From assembly GCA_027366125.1 (NCBI GenBank), contig DAHXKZ010000125.1:1-50112 (forward strand): a stretch of DNA of 50,112 nucleotides. The letters run 5' to 3'. The stretch comes from Phycisphaerales bacterium (lineage in GTDB: Bacteria > Planctomycetota > Phycisphaerae > WQYP01). The notes beneath the pieces are model-generated. The model did no database searches, had not been told where the DNA came from, and saw only the letters and a list, made by a program, of their open reading frames with translations. Positions 19,229 through 28,228 of the stretch are shown piece by piece (positions within the stretch are counted from its first letter, which is position 1; each line of letters begins with the position of its first letter). The translations under genes were made by a program, and so were the position numbers.

Positions 19229-20009
19229 ATGTCACTCTTTGAAATCGCTGAGGTGCGCACATTGCTCGGTTCGCTGCACCGCATGCATGCCTGCGTGGAT
19301 ATGAAATCCTTTGCGGACCGCGTGATGCATGTTGCGGCGGACACGGCCGGCGGCAATTCCCAGTTTTTTTACCGGTGGGAAAATAGCGCCCCCGCCCGGA
19401 AAGCCAGAGCGCCTGCGAATTTCCGCAGGCAGCCTGCCCGCGGACTCGCGGCCACCACACAGCGTGCGGCTGTTGGAAGGCTATGGCGCGGACCATCCAC
19501 TGGTGGCCCATTTTCGCTTGTTTCCCACATCGCCACCGGTGTCCATTTCAGATCTGTGTACGGAAACCACTTTCCGCGCTTCGCGCCTGTGTACGGAGCA
19601 CTTTGCCCCATTAAATATTCAAGACCAGGTGGCGGCCTGCCTCTCCGGACCCGAACCGCTGGTGCTGGCCGGGGCGCACCACGGCAAATGGGGGATTGGC
19701 AAAAAACGCTCCGAGCGACTGGGCGTGGCGCTGCCGCAGATGACGCTGGCCTACGCGCGGCTGACCATGGTTGGCGGCGGTGCATCGGAAATCTCCGCGC
19801 TGTCCGGCCACGCCTTGAGGCCGCGACATAAGCAAGTGCTGGCACTGGTGCTGGAAGGCATGAGAACAACGGAAATCGCGGCATCGCTGGGCATCAGTCC
19901 ATTTACGGTGCGCGATTATTTGGCGGAATTGTACGAAGCGTTTGGCGTTTCCGGCCGGCCCCAGCTCATGGCCCGCCATATGCGGCGCAACGGTTCGCGA
20001 TTTCCGTGA
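19229..20009 (+). pseudogene. LuxR-family regulator, apparently frameshifted (paralog of the next gene)
   Basis: The N-terminal ~52 codons from ATG 19229 (GGGAG upstream; MSLFEIAEVRTLLGSL...FFYRWEN) are in one frame. The rest, including the HTH LRPRHKQVLALVLEGMRTTEIAASLGISPFTVRDYL, is in the frame of ORF 19329..20009. Both parts align with the intact paralog at 20098..21180. Confidence 0.55.
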
Positions 20010-20097
20010 TCCTTACTGAAGCTTAGTTTGTTACATGCGATTGGTCGGTTCAGCCTGCCGCGATGCAGAGAAGGAATTTGGAGAAAGGAAGGGCTTT

Positions 20098-21180
20098 ATG
20101 TTGCCAGTCAATGGACAGGACGTCGGGAATTTATTCCAGGCGCTTGGGAATATCGTTGTTTGCCCGGCGGGCCGGGCGCTCCATGAGCAGGTGATCAACG
20201 TACTGCGTACGGTATTCGGGTGTGACGCCGTGTCGTGCGAGCGCTGGGGCCGTCGTGGGGCCAGGCCCGCCGATGGCGCCGTCGCGACGTCGGCCCCTGC
20301 CGCAACGGCGACGGTGCTTGAACTCATGCGGCCTCGCCACAGTTTGCTGGCCGGTGGCAACTTACCACTGCTCACGCCACTCTTGCTTTCGGCCTGCATG
20401 ACCCAACAGGAACTTTTAGGGAGCCGCTTGTACCGCAAACATCTGCGGCCGACGGGGGCTTTGGATCACATGCTGAGCATCTTGGCGGGCCCGGCGCCGC
20501 TGGTGGTGGTGGGCGTGCATCGGGCCGGGTGGGGATTTTCCAAAGACGAACAGGAAGACATGAGATCGGTCGTCCCGAATTTTGCCACGGCGTTTACGCG
20601 CATTTTGCGCCTGGAAGATTCGGACCGCGCGGCGGACCCGGCGCCGCCGGCGGCGGGCGCTGCCGGCGACGATGAAATATGCATATCAACAGATTTCCAC
20701 GGCCGTATTACTCGCTGTAGCGATGAGGGCCGCGCCTTACTATGCCGATATTTCCCCGCCCAACGCGACCCCGCTGCGCTGCCGCTGCCCCTGATGGGCG
20801 TATTGAGCGCCGGGCCAACCCATACCTACCAGCAGGTGGAATTTCCCGGAAGTGCAAGCACGCTGCGCATGCGGGTGGAAGTTCAGGTTCAGAACCAGGC
20901 TAAGAACCAGGTTCCGCCACAGGCTCAGCGGTCGACGCCAACAGCCCTGCTGTTTTTCAAGGAGTGTGCTCAAACAGCGCTGCATTCACGCGAGATCATT
21001 GGACTGCCGCCCCGCTTGCAGGAAACGCTGGACTGGCTGGGTTCCGGAGAAAGCATCAAAGCCATTTCGACGCGGCTGCAGGTTAGCGAACATACGGTGC
21101 GAAGCTACGTTCGCACGCTGTACCAGCGGCTGGGGGTGTCAAACCGCGGCGAGCTGCTGGCTCGGTATGTTAATCATTAG
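20098..21180 (+). CDS. LuxR-family transcriptional regulator
   Basis: C-terminal LuxR HTH LPPRLQETLDWLGSGESIKAISTRLQVSEHTVRSYVRTLYQRLGVSNRGEL. AAGGAAGG lies upstream of ATG 20098. Confidence 0.7.
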   Translation: MLPVNGQDVGNLFQALGNIVVCPAGRALHEQVINVLRTVFGCDAVSCERWGRRGARPADGAVATSAPAATATVLELMRPRHSLLAGGNLPLLTPLLLSACMTQQELLGSRLYRKHLRPTGALDHMLSILAGPAPLVVVGVHRAGWGFSKDEQEDMRSVVPNFATAFTRILRLEDSDRAADPAPPAAGAAGDDEICISTDFHGRITRCSDEGRALLCRYFPAQRDPAALPLPLMGVLSAGPTHTYQQVEFPGSASTLRMRVEVQVQNQAKNQVPPQAQRSTPTALLFFKECAQTALHSREIIGLPPRLQETLDWLGSGESIKAISTRLQVSEHTVRSYVRTLYQRLGVSNRGELLARYVNH

Positions 21181-21376
21181 CATTGTCAAACAAGTGTTCA
21201 ACGAATGCTCGCCAACAGGCAAGGCGCCTGAACGCGCCGCGAAAAATCGCAGTACAGCTTTCCAAACGATGGGAACAACGCAACCCCATGTTTGAAACCG
21301 GCGGCCTCCCGTCGCTCCGCCAAGGCGCGGTGCGCCTTCTGGCGTCAGCGGCGGGCATGGGCGTACAATGTGGCCC

Positions 21377-21877
21377 ATGTACATTGCCATTTATTGTGTG
21401 CTGACGTTCATCAGCCTAATTGCCGTGCTCTTAAACCTTTGGGGATTGCCCGGCAATTGGGTCGTTTTGCTTGTGGCCTTGATTTTGAGTTGGTATCACC
21501 AATGGACGCATCCGGGCGTGCTGGCGTTGGTCGTTTTTGCGTTAATCATTTTGGGAGGCGACATCGGTGAAATCATGGCCAGCGCCGCGGGCGCCAAGAA
21601 ATTTGGCGCCGGGAAAATGGCCACCTGGGCGGCGATGTTGGGCGGCATTATCGGCGCCTTTATCGGCGTGCCGGTGCCGATCTTCGGTTCCATCCTGGGC
21701 GCACTGGCCGGGGCATTCATCGGTGCTTTGCTCTGCGAATTGTGGCGCACGCGTTCAGTAGGGAAAGGCACATGGGCGGCGGTGGGCGCCGCGTTGGGAC
21801 GAATGGTGGGCCTGTCAGTCCGCATGGTCTGCGGATTGGTGGTTTGGCTGGCGGTGCTGTTCGCCGCACGGCCGTAA
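21377..21877 (+). CDS. DUF456-family membrane protein
   Basis: NLWGLPGNWVVLLVALI...GGDIGEIMASAAGAKKFGAGK...GAFIGVPVPIFGSILGALAGAFIGALLCE matches the DUF456 pattern. Confidence 0.7.
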   Translation: MYIAIYCVLTFISLIAVLLNLWGLPGNWVVLLVALILSWYHQWTHPGVLALVVFALIILGGDIGEIMASAAGAKKFGAGKMATWAAMLGGIIGAFIGVPVPIFGSILGALAGAFIGALLCELWRTRSVGKGTWAAVGAALGRMVGLSVRMVCGLVVWLAVLFAARP

Positions 21878-21994
21878 AAATGCGACACAGACATCAGCGG
21901 GCGTTTTCAAAGGCTTGCAGAATGCTCAATTGGCGCGGTCATCCCCTTTCCGCCACATGCAGTTATTGCCTGCAGCCCGCTTCGGATTTTTTTC

Positions 21995-22023
21995 TTGACC
22001 CTGCCACAACCGCCTCTTAGAGT
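21995..22023 (+). promoter_or_regulatory. Sigma70-like promoter
   Basis: A T-rich tract, then TTGACC (21995-22000), 17 nt, TAGAGT (22018-22023). It lies ~80 nt upstream of the SD-preceded ATG at 22106. Confidence 0.4.
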
Positions 22024-22105
22024 ACCACAGAGATGAACAGTTCTGCTGGGGCGCAAAGCCAGTGGGAGGTTTCGCCAGCGCCTAAGCCATTGCCGGAGGA
22101 AAGTC

Positions 22106-22189
22106 ATGAACATCGAACGCTCCGCCTTTCGGGCACGCATGGTGCTGTTGGCCGCGGCAATCATTGGCATCTTGGTCTTAATCACCTGA
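22106..22189 (+). CDS. 27-codon hydrophobic ORF ending at a TGA that is in frame with the next ORF
   Basis: GGAGGA (22095-22100) lies 5 nt upstream of ATG 22106. Product MNIERSAFRARMVLLAAAIIGILVLIT. The TGA at 22187 is in frame with ORF 22220..23245. Confidence 0.3.
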   Translation: MNIERSAFRARMVLLAAAIIGILVLIT

Positions 22190-22219
22190 ACCATTCTGCT
22201 GATTATCACCTGCCAGCAG

Positions 22220-23245
22220 TTGCCGGCAGCCAACAATTTGGCCCTGAACCTGTACTACTGCGGCAGCGCGCTGGCGATCATGGGCTGGGGCGCGTTTGTC
22301 ATGGTGCTCGCGGCTGTGTTCTATCCGCTGACCACCATTGCCTTTCGCCGCGCTATTTCCGCCAATTGGCACTTTGAACAACTCCGCGGCAGCTTGGAAA
22401 ATCAGCGCATTGTGCTGGAAACTGTGCGCGACAGCGTGTCTGTTTCTGACGCCGCCAAACAGATTGCCTTCCGCCACAAAGACCGCGATGCCCTGCGGCA
22501 TGCCATCCGGGAAGATTTGGACAAGAATGATTACGATGGCGCCATTTACCTGGTCAACGCCATGGACCGCACCTTTGGCTACCACGAAGAAGCCGCCGCC
22601 CTGCGGCGCGAAATTGACAATGCCAAGCGCGGCTACATTGACAATCAGGTGCGCGAATCGCTGGACGTCATCGACCACAGCATTTCCACGCGCGACTGGC
22701 CGGCGGCCGTGCGCAACACCGAGCTCTTGCTGAAACGCTATCCCTACCGGCCCGAAGTGCAGCGCATGCCGGAGCGAATCAACACCGCCCGCGATTCGCA
22801 CAAGCGCGAACTGTTAAAGCAGTGGACCGATGCCGCCGCGCGGGATGATGTTGACCGCAGCATTGAACTGCTGCGGCAGCTCGACCAGTACCTAACGCCC
22901 GGCGAAGCCGAGGCCTACAAAGACACCGCCCGCGATGTTTTCAAGAAACGGTTGCAGCAACTTAGCGTGCAATTTTCGCTGCATTCGCATGATAAGAATT
23001 GGAGCGAGGCGGTGCGCGTGGGCAGGCAGATCACCGATGAATTTCCCAATTCGCGCATCGCCACCGAAGTGCGCGGACTGATGCCCATTCTTCAGGAAAA
23101 TCTTAACAAGGGCGCCCAGGCCACCCCCGTGGTTAATATGCCCGCCGTGGCCGTGGCCGGCGCCCCGGCAGGCGCCGGCGGCACGAACAACAACAGCGCC
23201 CCCGGCAGCGCGCCGGCTCAGGAACAGGCCGTCGGCGCCCGGTGA
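22220..23245 (+). CDS. Hypothetical membrane-anchored helical-repeat protein
   Basis: N-terminal TM (ALAIMGWGAFVMVLAAVFYPL), then a long helical, charged, TPR-like region and an Ala/Gly/Pro-rich tail. No family recognised. The start is uncertain (TTG 22220 or upstream). Confidence 0.6.
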   Translation: MPAANNLALNLYYCGSALAIMGWGAFVMVLAAVFYPLTTIAFRRAISANWHFEQLRGSLENQRIVLETVRDSVSVSDAAKQIAFRHKDRDALRHAIREDLDKNDYDGAIYLVNAMDRTFGYHEEAAALRREIDNAKRGYIDNQVRESLDVIDHSISTRDWPAAVRNTELLLKRYPYRPEVQRMPERINTARDSHKRELLKQWTDAAARDDVDRSIELLRQLDQYLTPGEAEAYKDTARDVFKKRLQQLSVQFSLHSHDKNWSEAVRVGRQITDEFPNSRIATEVRGLMPILQENLNKGAQATPVVNMPAVAVAGAPAGAGGTNNNSAPGSAPAQEQAVGAR

Positions 23246-23518
23246 AAGGGCGGCAAGCAACCGCCCCCAAGGCAGCCGCCCTCCATAACTGTCGTGGTCA
23301 TTGCGGTGGTGCAACGTATGTCCATAAGATTAGACCATCTGCCGCCCAAATGGAACTGCGAGCAACTTGACCTGTTGGTCGACCGACAGGTCGTGATCGA
23401 AACCAACGTCCGTCCGGAAGACGGGGAAATGCCACAGAGCACCCAGAGGTCACAGAGAGATACGATTGACCCCATCAATCAACATTGCGCCAATTGATAA
23501 TTCAGCGGTCCTTCGGTT

Positions 23519-23544
23519 AAAAAAGGGGCAGCCATCGTGGCCCC
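23519..23544 (-). terminator. Rho-independent terminator downstream of the GH127-like gene
   Basis: The minus strand reads GGGGC-CACGATGGCT-GCCCC followed by TTTTTT, 48 nt past the stop at 23592. Confidence 0.5.
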
Positions 23545-23591
23545 CCGGTCCTTCGGCCGGCCCCAACGAAAACCAACGGCCGCGCGCCGCC

Positions 23592-26099
23592 TCACCGCAC
23601 CTTCCACTGTAAAATACCGCCGGATTTACCATCACGCAGCCGCACCACAATGCGCAACGCCTTGGTGGTCACCGGGCTGAAATTTACCGTGTTGTATTGG
23701 TTGCGCTTAATTCCGTAACTATTCGTGGCCCGCACCGGTTTCCAGGCGCCGCCCTGCCGATACATCAGCCGCCATTTCTGCGGTACGCGACAGCCACCAA
23801 TGCCAGTGTCATCATACCAGAATACCTTGACTTGATGCACAGTTTTTGGCGCGCCAAACGAGTATTGCGCCCATTCGCGGGTGCCCAGGTGCGGCCACCA
23901 GGTGAAGCGCGTGATCTGCGCGGCCGAAAGTTTGGGCGTCACGCCGTCTTCCATGGCCCGCAAACTGTCTGCCGGGTATTTCCACGAAGCCGAAGCCACA
24001 TAATGGTGGGCCTTGGGGATCACGCGTTTGGGCCAGTGGTGGGCCTTGGGACCATGCCCGATCACCGGGAACGCCGAAATGCGCAGCCGCGCGGCGCCCA
24101 AAGGAATTAATACGATTCTCTGCGCGGGTTGATGTGAAATCACCGGGCTGGGATGCAAATTGCCCACCATGTGCAAACTGTTCATCGTCCAGTTCGGAAT
24201 TCGCCGCCCCGTGCCAACCAGTTCAATGGGCGCCGTGCTGGGCGTGAACGGCTGCTTGGCCAGCGGCCCCTTCTTACGCACCACATTGAACGACGCCGCC
24301 GGATCGGCTGAATCCAGCACCAAGCCATAATTCCATGGCGTGGTGGGAACCACCTTCCAATGCGGGAAGCCCTTGGGGCTGGATCCACCATGCGGATGAT
24401 ACTTGATCCATTTTTCCCCAATGTCCAGCGAGAACCACAGCGGCCCATACGCCACGGACGCCGAATTGTCGTTGCCCTTCCACCGCTTCACCATGATGTG
24501 CATCGGCAGGCGCAGATTCACCCGGTCGCCGTTTTTCCAGGTGCGGTCAATGCGGAAATAACTTTCCGGCTTCGCGGCCGCGTGCATCAGCAGGCCGTTG
24601 ACCGCGACGGTGGCCCCTTTGCACCAGCGCGGCACGCGCAAATACAGTGGAAATTTCACGGGTTTGGCGGCCCGCACGGTCAGACGAACGCGACTGCTGA
24701 AGGGATAGTCTGTTTGCTCTTTAATATGAATTGTTTCGCCGCGGCCCGCCTTGGCCGAAAGCGTGCAGGCATTGTACATGTCCGCCACCAGGCCGTTGTC
24801 TCCCGAGGCCATCCAGAGAGAGTTGTTATAATACGGCCAGCCCTGGCTGAAATTGTGCTGACAGCAACGGTAAACGCCGCCCGGGCTGTAGGAAAACATG
24901 GTTCCGGAATCATCAATATCGGGCGCGCGGTTGTTGGGCCCCAGCTGAATCTGATTGGGCGCGGTGAGATAATGCAGCGCCTTGAGGTTGGGCGACGTGG
25001 CAGAGGGCAGCATGTTAAACGCCAAATCTTCACAACGGTCCGCCCAGTCGCCCCGGCCCGTGACCTGCGTGAGCACCTCATCGCTGAGCATGTTTTCAAC
25101 GATGGCGCACGTCTCAATGCCCTGCCTTGGCCCAACGTAACCAGGCCGCGCATTTTCATCTGCGCCATAGCCGCCGCCGGGAACCTGCCCGTATTCATTG
25201 TGCATCATGTGGTAATCACGGCTGGTATCTTCGAGAAACTTCAACACATGGGATTGCATGTAATATTCGGCCGGCTCGCGGAATCCTTCGCCAAAGTTTA
25301 CGCCGTGGAGCGATGCGATGCCCGCGGCCCAGTCGGCTGAATTCTTGTTTATTTTTTGGCCCAATTTCAAGAGCCACTTTTTGCCGGTTCGGTTATAATA
25401 CCAATATACGACGTCCAGTTCCTCGCTCCAGCGGGTGTCCCCCCACCCCATGCCAAACGCCTTTCCCGGGACCTTGTTCAACTGCCACTTGAAATAATGC
25501 TTGAAGAGTCGCAGCACCCGCGGGTCATGGCTATATTCATAGTATGAGCGCAGCACTTCCAGCATGGGCATCTGCGGCCACATGTCCGGCAGTTTGTTGT
25601 TAAATTCCCGGCGGGTGCTGGCCGGGCCGAAAAAGCCGCTGGGGCGCTCGGTGAGGAATACGCCGTTGATCCACTTTTTGGTTTCCTTCAGGATGCGCTG
25701 GTTGTGCAGAATGTAGCCTAAGTCGCCGAAGCCGCGCAGCCAATACGGCACTTCCTCCCAGCCGGGCCCTTTGCCGCGCGGCGTTACCCAGCCGTCGCCC
25801 TTGTACACCAGCCAAGGGGAATAGGAGGGCATCTGATACAGATGGCCGGTTAAACCATGGGCCTCAAGCTCCAGCATGTGATGCAGCCAACCAGCCGGGG
25901 CAATGCTGCCCACAGGCAGGTGGGTTTCAGGGCTGGGCAACAAAGGCGCGCGGTTGCTGTGATACAACGTATTGCGGACGGCCGGCAATGTGCGAACGTC
26001 TTTCACCGTGCCGTTCGCAACCCCAGCGGCAGCCGATACGGCCACAGCCGCTGCGGAGGCCAGAGCCAGAAATCCGTGACGAATCACCCGTTTGAGCAT
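23592..26099 (-). CDS. Glycoside hydrolase, GH127/GH146-like (DUF1680, beta-L-arabinofuranosidase-like) with a C-terminal beta-sandwich domain
   Basis: Signal peptide from ATG 26099 (GGAGG upstream). GIETCAIVEN and GGVYRCCQHN resemble the E-x-C and CC Zn/catalytic motifs of GH127. The C-terminal W..YSFG...VKVFWYDD...ALRIV is a carbohydrate-binding-like module. Confidence 0.65.
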   Translation of the reverse strand: MLKRVIRHGFLALASAAAVAVSAAAGVANGTVKDVRTLPAVRNTLYHSNRAPLLPSPETHLPVGSIAPAGWLHHMLELEAHGLTGHLYQMPSYSPWLVYKGDGWVTPRGKGPGWEEVPYWLRGFGDLGYILHNQRILKETKKWINGVFLTERPSGFFGPASTRREFNNKLPDMWPQMPMLEVLRSYYEYSHDPRVLRLFKHYFKWQLNKVPGKAFGMGWGDTRWSEELDVVYWYYNRTGKKWLLKLGQKINKNSADWAAGIASLHGVNFGEGFREPAEYYMQSHVLKFLEDTSRDYHMMHNEYGQVPGGGYGADENARPGYVGPRQGIETCAIVENMLSDEVLTQVTGRGDWADRCEDLAFNMLPSATSPNLKALHYLTAPNQIQLGPNNRAPDIDDSGTMFSYSPGGVYRCCQHNFSQGWPYYNNSLWMASGDNGLVADMYNACTLSAKAGRGETIHIKEQTDYPFSSRVRLTVRAAKPVKFPLYLRVPRWCKGATVAVNGLLMHAAAKPESYFRIDRTWKNGDRVNLRLPMHIMVKRWKGNDNSASVAYGPLWFSLDIGEKWIKYHPHGGSSPKGFPHWKVVPTTPWNYGLVLDSADPAASFNVVRKKGPLAKQPFTPSTAPIELVGTGRRIPNWTMNSLHMVGNLHPSPVISHQPAQRIVLIPLGAARLRISAFPVIGHGPKAHHWPKRVIPKAHHYVASASWKYPADSLRAMEDGVTPKLSAAQITRFTWWPHLGTREWAQYSFGAPKTVHQVKVFWYDDTGIGGCRVPQKWRLMYRQGGAWKPVRATNSYGIKRNQYNTVNFSPVTTKALRIVVRLRDGKSGGILQWKVR

Positions 26100-26266
26100 G
26101 AAAACCTCCGCCTGCCGCGAAAAATACCGCCATGCGGCAACTCTTATGATGTAAAACATCATTATCGCTGCCGCGCGGGCATAGGCAAGAAGTCAAAAAT
26201 GCCGAAACAAACAGTGATTTTGACTTTCAGAACGGTACTTGCAGTGCGGCGCGGCGGCGGCGGCAA

Positions 26267-27199
26267 TCACCAACCCGGCCGCACGCGCTTCACGTAGGCA
26301 AACAGACTCGTGCCCGGACAGTCGGTGTGGTTGTCGGCCAGTTCCCGGTGGGTATAGATGCGATTGAGCGGTATGCGGTACAGTTTTTTGACAAACAGCA
26401 CGAATTCGCGCAGCGCGCAAAGTTGCGCCGCCGAGGGATCCTGCAAATCAAAATTACCCAGTAAGACAATTCCCAAATTGTGCGCGTTGTGGTGCCGCAC
26501 ATGGGCGCCCTGGTATACCAGCGGCCGGGCCTGCCACACGCGCCCGGCACGGTCGATGACATAATGGTACGCAATATCGGCCCAGCCGCGGTCTTCTGGC
26601 GGCGGCCCCGTATGAAATTCCCGAATGTCTTCAATTTCGTTGGCGGTGGTCTGCCAGGCCTCGGTTTCCCACGGCTCCGGAAACCCGGCGTGGTGAATGG
26701 TCAGCCGATTAACGCCGTTCATCAGCACCATGTCGGCATAATTGGGCAGCGCTTTCGCCCACACGTCGCGGCGTTCAATAATCACCGGCGCATCGGACGG
26801 ATGGGCCAGCGCCACGCCAAACCGGTTGGGAAATACAGCCATGCTCAAGTTGGGCCCGCCGGGCTTCGCTGGGGGGCAGTGCGCTTCGCCGGATTTGGCC
26901 GCGTGCCCCATGGCGGCGGTTTCCGGGGGCAACCCGTGCGGCGGCAAAGCATGGTTGCGCTCGCTGGGCCCAGCGGCGCTGGCCAGGAGCGGCATCGCCG
27001 GCCCGCCCGGCTTCCGCAAAGAACTGGTGCGCCCACGCGCCACGCGATGACACGCGGCCAGGCACGCACACGCTCCACCCGCCAGGCTCACACGCAGCAT
27101 CTGCCGCCGCGCCATGGCCATACGATCCGCCGCGGAGCCGCTCTGGTGGTCGTCGGCGCCGCGCCTGTGCGACTGCTGGAAAATCATCGGTTCGTCCAT
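26267..27199 (-). CDS. N-acetylmuramoyl-L-alanine amidase (Amidase_2/PGRP domain)
   Basis: LTIHHAGF...IREFH...GWADIAYHYVIDRAGRVWQARP...GAHVRHHNAHNLGIVLLGNF. The N-terminus is Tat-like (ARRQMLRVSLAGGA). Confidence 0.8.
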   Translation of the reverse strand: MDEPMIFQQSHRRGADDHQSGSAADRMAMARRQMLRVSLAGGACACLAACHRVARGRTSSLRKPGGPAMPLLASAAGPSERNHALPPHGLPPETAAMGHAAKSGEAHCPPAKPGGPNLSMAVFPNRFGVALAHPSDAPVIIERRDVWAKALPNYADMVLMNGVNRLTIHHAGFPEPWETEAWQTTANEIEDIREFHTGPPPEDRGWADIAYHYVIDRAGRVWQARPLVYQGAHVRHHNAHNLGIVLLGNFDLQDPSAAQLCALREFVLFVKKLYRIPLNRIYTHRELADNHTDCPGTSLFAYVKRVRPGW

Positions 27200-27393
27200 G
27201 AAACACCCGTTCGAGTAAGACCGTTTCTATCAAGAACGTATTGTAGCGGCATCGCTGTTCCGAAAAAAACATAATTTTCGATCTCCGCTAAAAATAGGCG
27301 CCGCCGCGGCCGCATCAAATTCAGCGCTTCGCCGCCCGGCACGCCATTTGTTTACCGTTCGGTCACGCAGCAACCGCCGGTGAGATCCATGTG

Positions 27394-28152
27394 ATGAACG
27401 AAGCTTCCCCCGACCAACCATTGCCATCCAACAGCGCCTTGGCCAGCGGTCTTGGCCTGCTGTCGGAGGAAAACTGGGCGCCATATCGTCCGGTGATTGA
27501 GGAAATGCAGGCCCGTCGCATTTCATTTGCCTTGGGCGGCGGTCTGGCGTTTTCCTTTTACGGACCGCGCGTGCGCAACACGAAAGATGTTGACTTTTAC
27601 GTGCGTCGTGAAGACAAGGCGACAGTGGCCGCACTTCTGGCTAAGTTTCAATTCGTCGATTTTTATGATCAGAAGCCATACGACCGCGCGTGGATTTATC
27701 GCAGCATCCGCGACCACTACATTTTGGACGTGATCTGGCAGATGGCCAATGGCCGCGCCGGCACGGATGAGTTGTGGTTGTCCGCCGGGCCGGAGGTTGA
27801 TATTTATGGCCTGCGGGTGCGATTTGTTCCGTTGGAGGAATTAATCTGGTCAAAGCTGTATGTGATTCAATTTGACCGGTGCGACTGGCCGGACCTGCTG
27901 AACTTAATTTACGCCCGCGCCGCGGAAATAAACTGGCAGCGCCTGCTGCGTCGCGCCGACGCTGACACGCCCTTGCTCGCCGCACTGATTTCAGTATTTG
28001 CCTGGATGTGCCCGGCCAAGGCCGCAGCGCTTCCATCATGGCTGTGGTGGCAATTGGGTATTGCCCCGCCGACCGCAGCTGGGCCCGAACCGTGCGATCC
28101 GCACCGCGTGCGGCTGTTGGACACGCGCGATTGGTTTGGCCCCGTGGCATAA
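27394..28152 (+). CDS. Nucleotidyltransferase-fold protein (AbiEii/DUF1814-like motifs)
   Basis: ALGGGLAFSFYGPRVRNTKDVDFYV resembles the GG.A...Y...R.T.D.DF motif of AbiEii-type NTases. A later segment is SKLYVIQFDRCDWPDLLNL. The family assignment is tentative. Confidence 0.4.
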   Translation: MNEASPDQPLPSNSALASGLGLLSEENWAPYRPVIEEMQARRISFALGGGLAFSFYGPRVRNTKDVDFYVRREDKATVAALLAKFQFVDFYDQKPYDRAWIYRSIRDHYILDVIWQMANGRAGTDELWLSAGPEVDIYGLRVRFVPLEELIWSKLYVIQFDRCDWPDLLNLIYARAAEINWQRLLRRADADTPLLAALISVFAWMCPAKAAALPSWLWWQLGIAPPTAAGPEPCDPHRVRLLDTRDWFGPVA

Positions 28153-28228
28153 GTTCCGGGACATAAAATGGGGCAGCCGGTCCCGCGATATTTTTCTCCT
28201 GTAACCAAGCTTTTTTGGAGGGCCAACC

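Noticed and set aside
18853-19356. 167-aa minus-strand ORF in the PEP-CTERM/LuxR intergenic region
   Set aside because: It overlaps the SD and N-terminal coding part of the LuxR paralog in antisense. There is no SD and no recognisable domain.
22095-22105. GGAGGAAAGTC resembling the RNase P RNA CR-I motif
   Set aside because: No other RNase P conserved regions are nearby. It sits 5 nt upstream of an ATG and is better explained as a Shine-Dalgarno sequence.
22187-22189. In-frame TGA as selenocysteine
   Set aside because: The codon lies in the middle of a hydrophobic TM segment, not in a redox motif. I see no SECIS-like stem-loop immediately downstream.
23318-23497. Small plus-strand ORF (MSIRLDHLPPKWNCEQLDLLVDRQV...) containing a 24-nt near-perfect palindrome, GACCTGTTGGTC/GACCGACAGGTC (23369-23392)
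   Set aside because: It has no SD and no homology, and it sits between convergent genes next to a terminator. The palindrome may be a structural or terminator element. There is not enough support to call a gene.
24360-25340. 326-aa plus-strand ORF
   Set aside because: It is antisense to the GH127-like gene and has no recognisable domain. The same reasoning applies to 1753..2469, 2575..3336, 7102..7749, 16743..17288, 36493..37119 and 46153..46974.
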